64,000 nt of DNA from Balanoglossus misakiensis (Eukaryota; Animalia; Hemichordata), in assembly GCA_040954595.2 (NCBI GenBank), contig CM082577.2, forward strand, positions 15,197,903-15,261,902. The letters are read 5' to 3'. A program made the position numbers and the translations under genes. The notes beneath the pieces are model-generated. The model worked only from the letters and a program-made list of their open reading frames with translations, was not told the DNA's origin and did no database searches. Below are positions 61,695 through 64,000 of this stretch, piece after piece (positions within the stretch are counted from its first letter, which is position 1; every line of letters starts with the position of its first letter).

Positions 61695-62328
61695 ATGTCG
61701 GATTTTATGCATCTATATTTCACCACGTGTTGTATGTTGGCCTTAGCGTCAAATTTCGCGTATAGCCACACCTTGCATAGCATTAACAGCTCATCGGATA
61801 GCATCCGAAGCCCCGAAACATTACCCATACAAACAGAGGAAGCCATTGACGACGTTGTGTCGCCACCAAACAGAGATGAGAATAGAATCAATTCGTCTCA
61901 TGCTAAGAGCGCTATTGAAAACAAAACAATATTCACAATGCATGACTACAGACAACTGAAAACTCGTCTGACCAATGTCACACACGTACAAGCGTAGTCG
62001 ATGTGACTAGTAGACACGTACATGTATGTACAACCTATTACGTAGTAGGGAAGCGGATAAGACATGCCAGAAGGTTCATGCGCAAGTGGGATTGTATTCC
62101 ACGCGCCTTTCGCAGACTAGATACATGACATCACGGACAAGATACTTCCCAAATTCGATACATTACGTCATGTACAGGAGGCCATCCGGACCAGCCGCCT
62201 TTTGCAAATTCAAAACATGGTGTCATAGGTAACAAATAAAACGATGCACAGAAATACAAAGTATGCATCAAATCATGACGCAAGAGTTTGATTCTTTCGC
62301 AATAGTGATGAATTGTAGTCATGGCTAA
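61695..62328 (+). pseudogene. Disrupted secreted-protein gene, possibly cystine-knot-like
   Basis: Signal-peptide ORF 61695-61997, then a shifted frame CQKV...RYFPNSIHYV...C...C..*...CTE...NCS. Confidence 0.35.
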
Positions 62329-62539
62329 CAGAAGCGCGTTAGTTATTTTACCGACGTCAACGAACGTGACATAAGCACAAAGTAACAAGAATGCCCTGAC
62401 CACTCACGATTGTTATTTAAATTAGCGCCATATATGAGGTCACCAGTATAAAACCGAGTAGAATGGCTAAGATAAAGAGAACTGACTGATGCTCTGACAC
62501 ATGTATGTGTGTTGAACGCCTGCGTGTACGGTGAGAATA

Positions 62540-64000
62540 ATGAGTTCTGGTGCCTCTGGTTCCGATTTTGCCTACCTATATCGTCGTGTGATTCAACTTT
62601 CTGAACCATCCAACGAAACAATCCCGAATGATGTGGACGATAGTTTTCATGCCAAAGGCACGTACGGCCTCTGCCAATTTCGACCAAGAAGCGGGACCAT
62701 CGTCAAACAGAGTCGTGGATTCAAGAGAGACCGGACGAAGTTACATATCAAGAATAATTTTATTACTAATCTGGAGACATCTCTCGCCAAAGAGGCTCTC
62801 ATTATGCGATACCTGAACAAAAAAGATGCGACGTCGTACAGATATCTTCCGAAACTGCTATCTTTTCAGATCGTGGCTTACAGACACTCGTCTGGAAACA
62901 TAATTCGGATGGTTCCGGAACTGCAAATGGAATTTGCCGGAGTAGACCTGCACAGGTTTTGCATCGTAGATGGCAATCTTGTCAACGTTCAACACTTACT
63001 GAAACAAGCATTAGAAGCGCTGCAGTTTCTCAGTGCGCATGGGGTACTTCATTGCGATATCACGTTGTCGAACATTACTTTCCATCGGGAACTGTCTCGG
63101 TTTAAGTTGATCGACTTCGGGTATGCTGAATTTATTCATGCAGATGTTGTCGATAAAATGGCGTTCACGTCACCGCATTCTGAGATTCCACTTGGTGCGT
63201 CTCGCATGAAGGCGCTACAGACAGGAAATAGTCCATATTCTAAATCGCATTTACCTCGCGGTATCTTGTTGCATTCTCTGGACCCGTGTCCTGAAGAAAA
63301 TACAATCAGTGCATGCACTCAGACGACACCGTTGCCGTACTATGACCCAAGTATTGCTCTGTCAGATGAAATAGAAACAGAATCATATAGCCATGAGAGT
63401 GATTGTTTTTCGTTGGCATGTGCAGCGGTGATGGTAATGGGTCTTCCCATGTACAGAGATAGAGACCTCGCGACAGTCACTTATCATATTCTACAATCTG
63501 TGACATGCCCGGTCCAAGCTCAACGTTGTATCGACCACTTAACGCGTGTCTGTCGCTCAATTAACTTACTTAGAGGGCCACTCGACGACATCGAAATTGC
63601 GTTCTGGAAGTCAATGATAAACAAAGATATACGACTGATACATGAACTGGGATTCAACTATCTGGGACCAAGGCTTCTCGATCGAGTTAATTGGATATAC
63701 GGCGACTATGTAGTTAAAGCCCTGAAATCGATGTTGCACCCTATCAGAAGTTTTAGATCACCTGCGGCTGATACTCTGCTTCTTTTGGATCAAGTGCCAC
63801 ATGTAACTGCTGATTATGACACGGATGTAGATGGCCTATCTCACGCTCGTCAACTCACAGACAGGTATATAGTCCACACAGCCAAGTACACTATCAGTCC
63901 GTCACACGACATCCCAGTTGCATCAATCACTCTGGCAACGCGTGTAGATGGACACCGATTTGTGCCAATATTCACTGATGATCGTCTCGTCGTTAAGTGG
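62540..64000 (+). CDS. Divergent Ser/Thr protein kinase, 3' end beyond the window
   Basis: Manual translation gives 487 open codons: AKGTYG, IVK, KEALIM, MEFAG, LHCDITLSNI, LIDFG, YYDPSI, SDCFSLA, MLHP...R; TATAAAA at 62447. Confidence 0.9.
   Translation, partial: MSSGASGSDFAYLYRRVIQLSEPSNETIPNDVDDSFHAKGTYGLCQFRPRSGTIVKQSRGFKRDRTKLHIKNNFITNLETSLAKEALIMRYLNKKDATSYRYLPKLLSFQIVAYRHSSGNIIRMVPELQMEFAGVDLHRFCIVDGNLVNVQHLLKQALEALQFLSAHGVLHCDITLSNITFHRELSRFKLIDFGYAEFIHADVVDKMAFTSPHSEIPLGASRMKALQTGNSPYSKSHLPRGILLHSLDPCPEENTISACTQTTPLPYYDPSIALSDEIETESYSHESDCFSLACAAVMVMGLPMYRDRDLATVTYHILQSVTCPVQAQRCIDHLTRVCRSINLLRGPLDDIEIAFWKSMINKDIRLIHELGFNYLGPRLLDRVNWIYGDYVVKALKSMLHPIRSFRSPAADTLLLLDQVPHVTADYDTDVDGLSHARQLTDRYIVHTAKYTISPSHDIPVASITLATRVDGHRFVPIFTDDRLVVKW

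Larger units (their letters stand above)
35150..64000. mobile_element. Putative endogenous herpesvirus-like (Duplodnaviria) element, right end not in window
   Basis: Terminase ATPase exon, tightly packed ORFs of unknown family, glycoproteins, kinase, ubiquitin-system effectors, TATA/AATAAA signals; boundaries approximate. Confidence 0.75.

Overview
Eukaryotic genomic DNA; the repeat content suggests a marine invertebrate animal, but the species cannot be determined. The left part (1-34.8 kb) is host sequence dense in transposons. It holds a decayed CR1/L2-type LINE, Penelope fragments, a decayed BEL/Pao LTR element, several MITEs, a 3-exon C-type-lectin-like gene and two tandem Tx1-clade retrotransposons in (TTC)n repeats (one intact). 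At ~34.8 kb the second Tx1 copy is cut off by a long hairpin, and the rest of the window reads like an integrated large DNA virus. The key gene is a herpesvirus-type terminase ATPase exon 1 (FEPFQ Q-motif, VPRRSGK Walker A, GTAAGT donor where herpesviral terminase genes have their intron). Around it are a triple A20-zinc-finger protein, an intronless F-box/LRR protein, a divergent Ser/Thr kinase missing from the ORF track, a paralog pair of unknown function, several Cys-rich membrane or secreted proteins and short phase-0 introns. A ~9 kb repeat-rich non-coding block and host MITEs lie between these genes. The putative viral element continues past the window end. All calls come from reading the sequence by eye; no database search was run.
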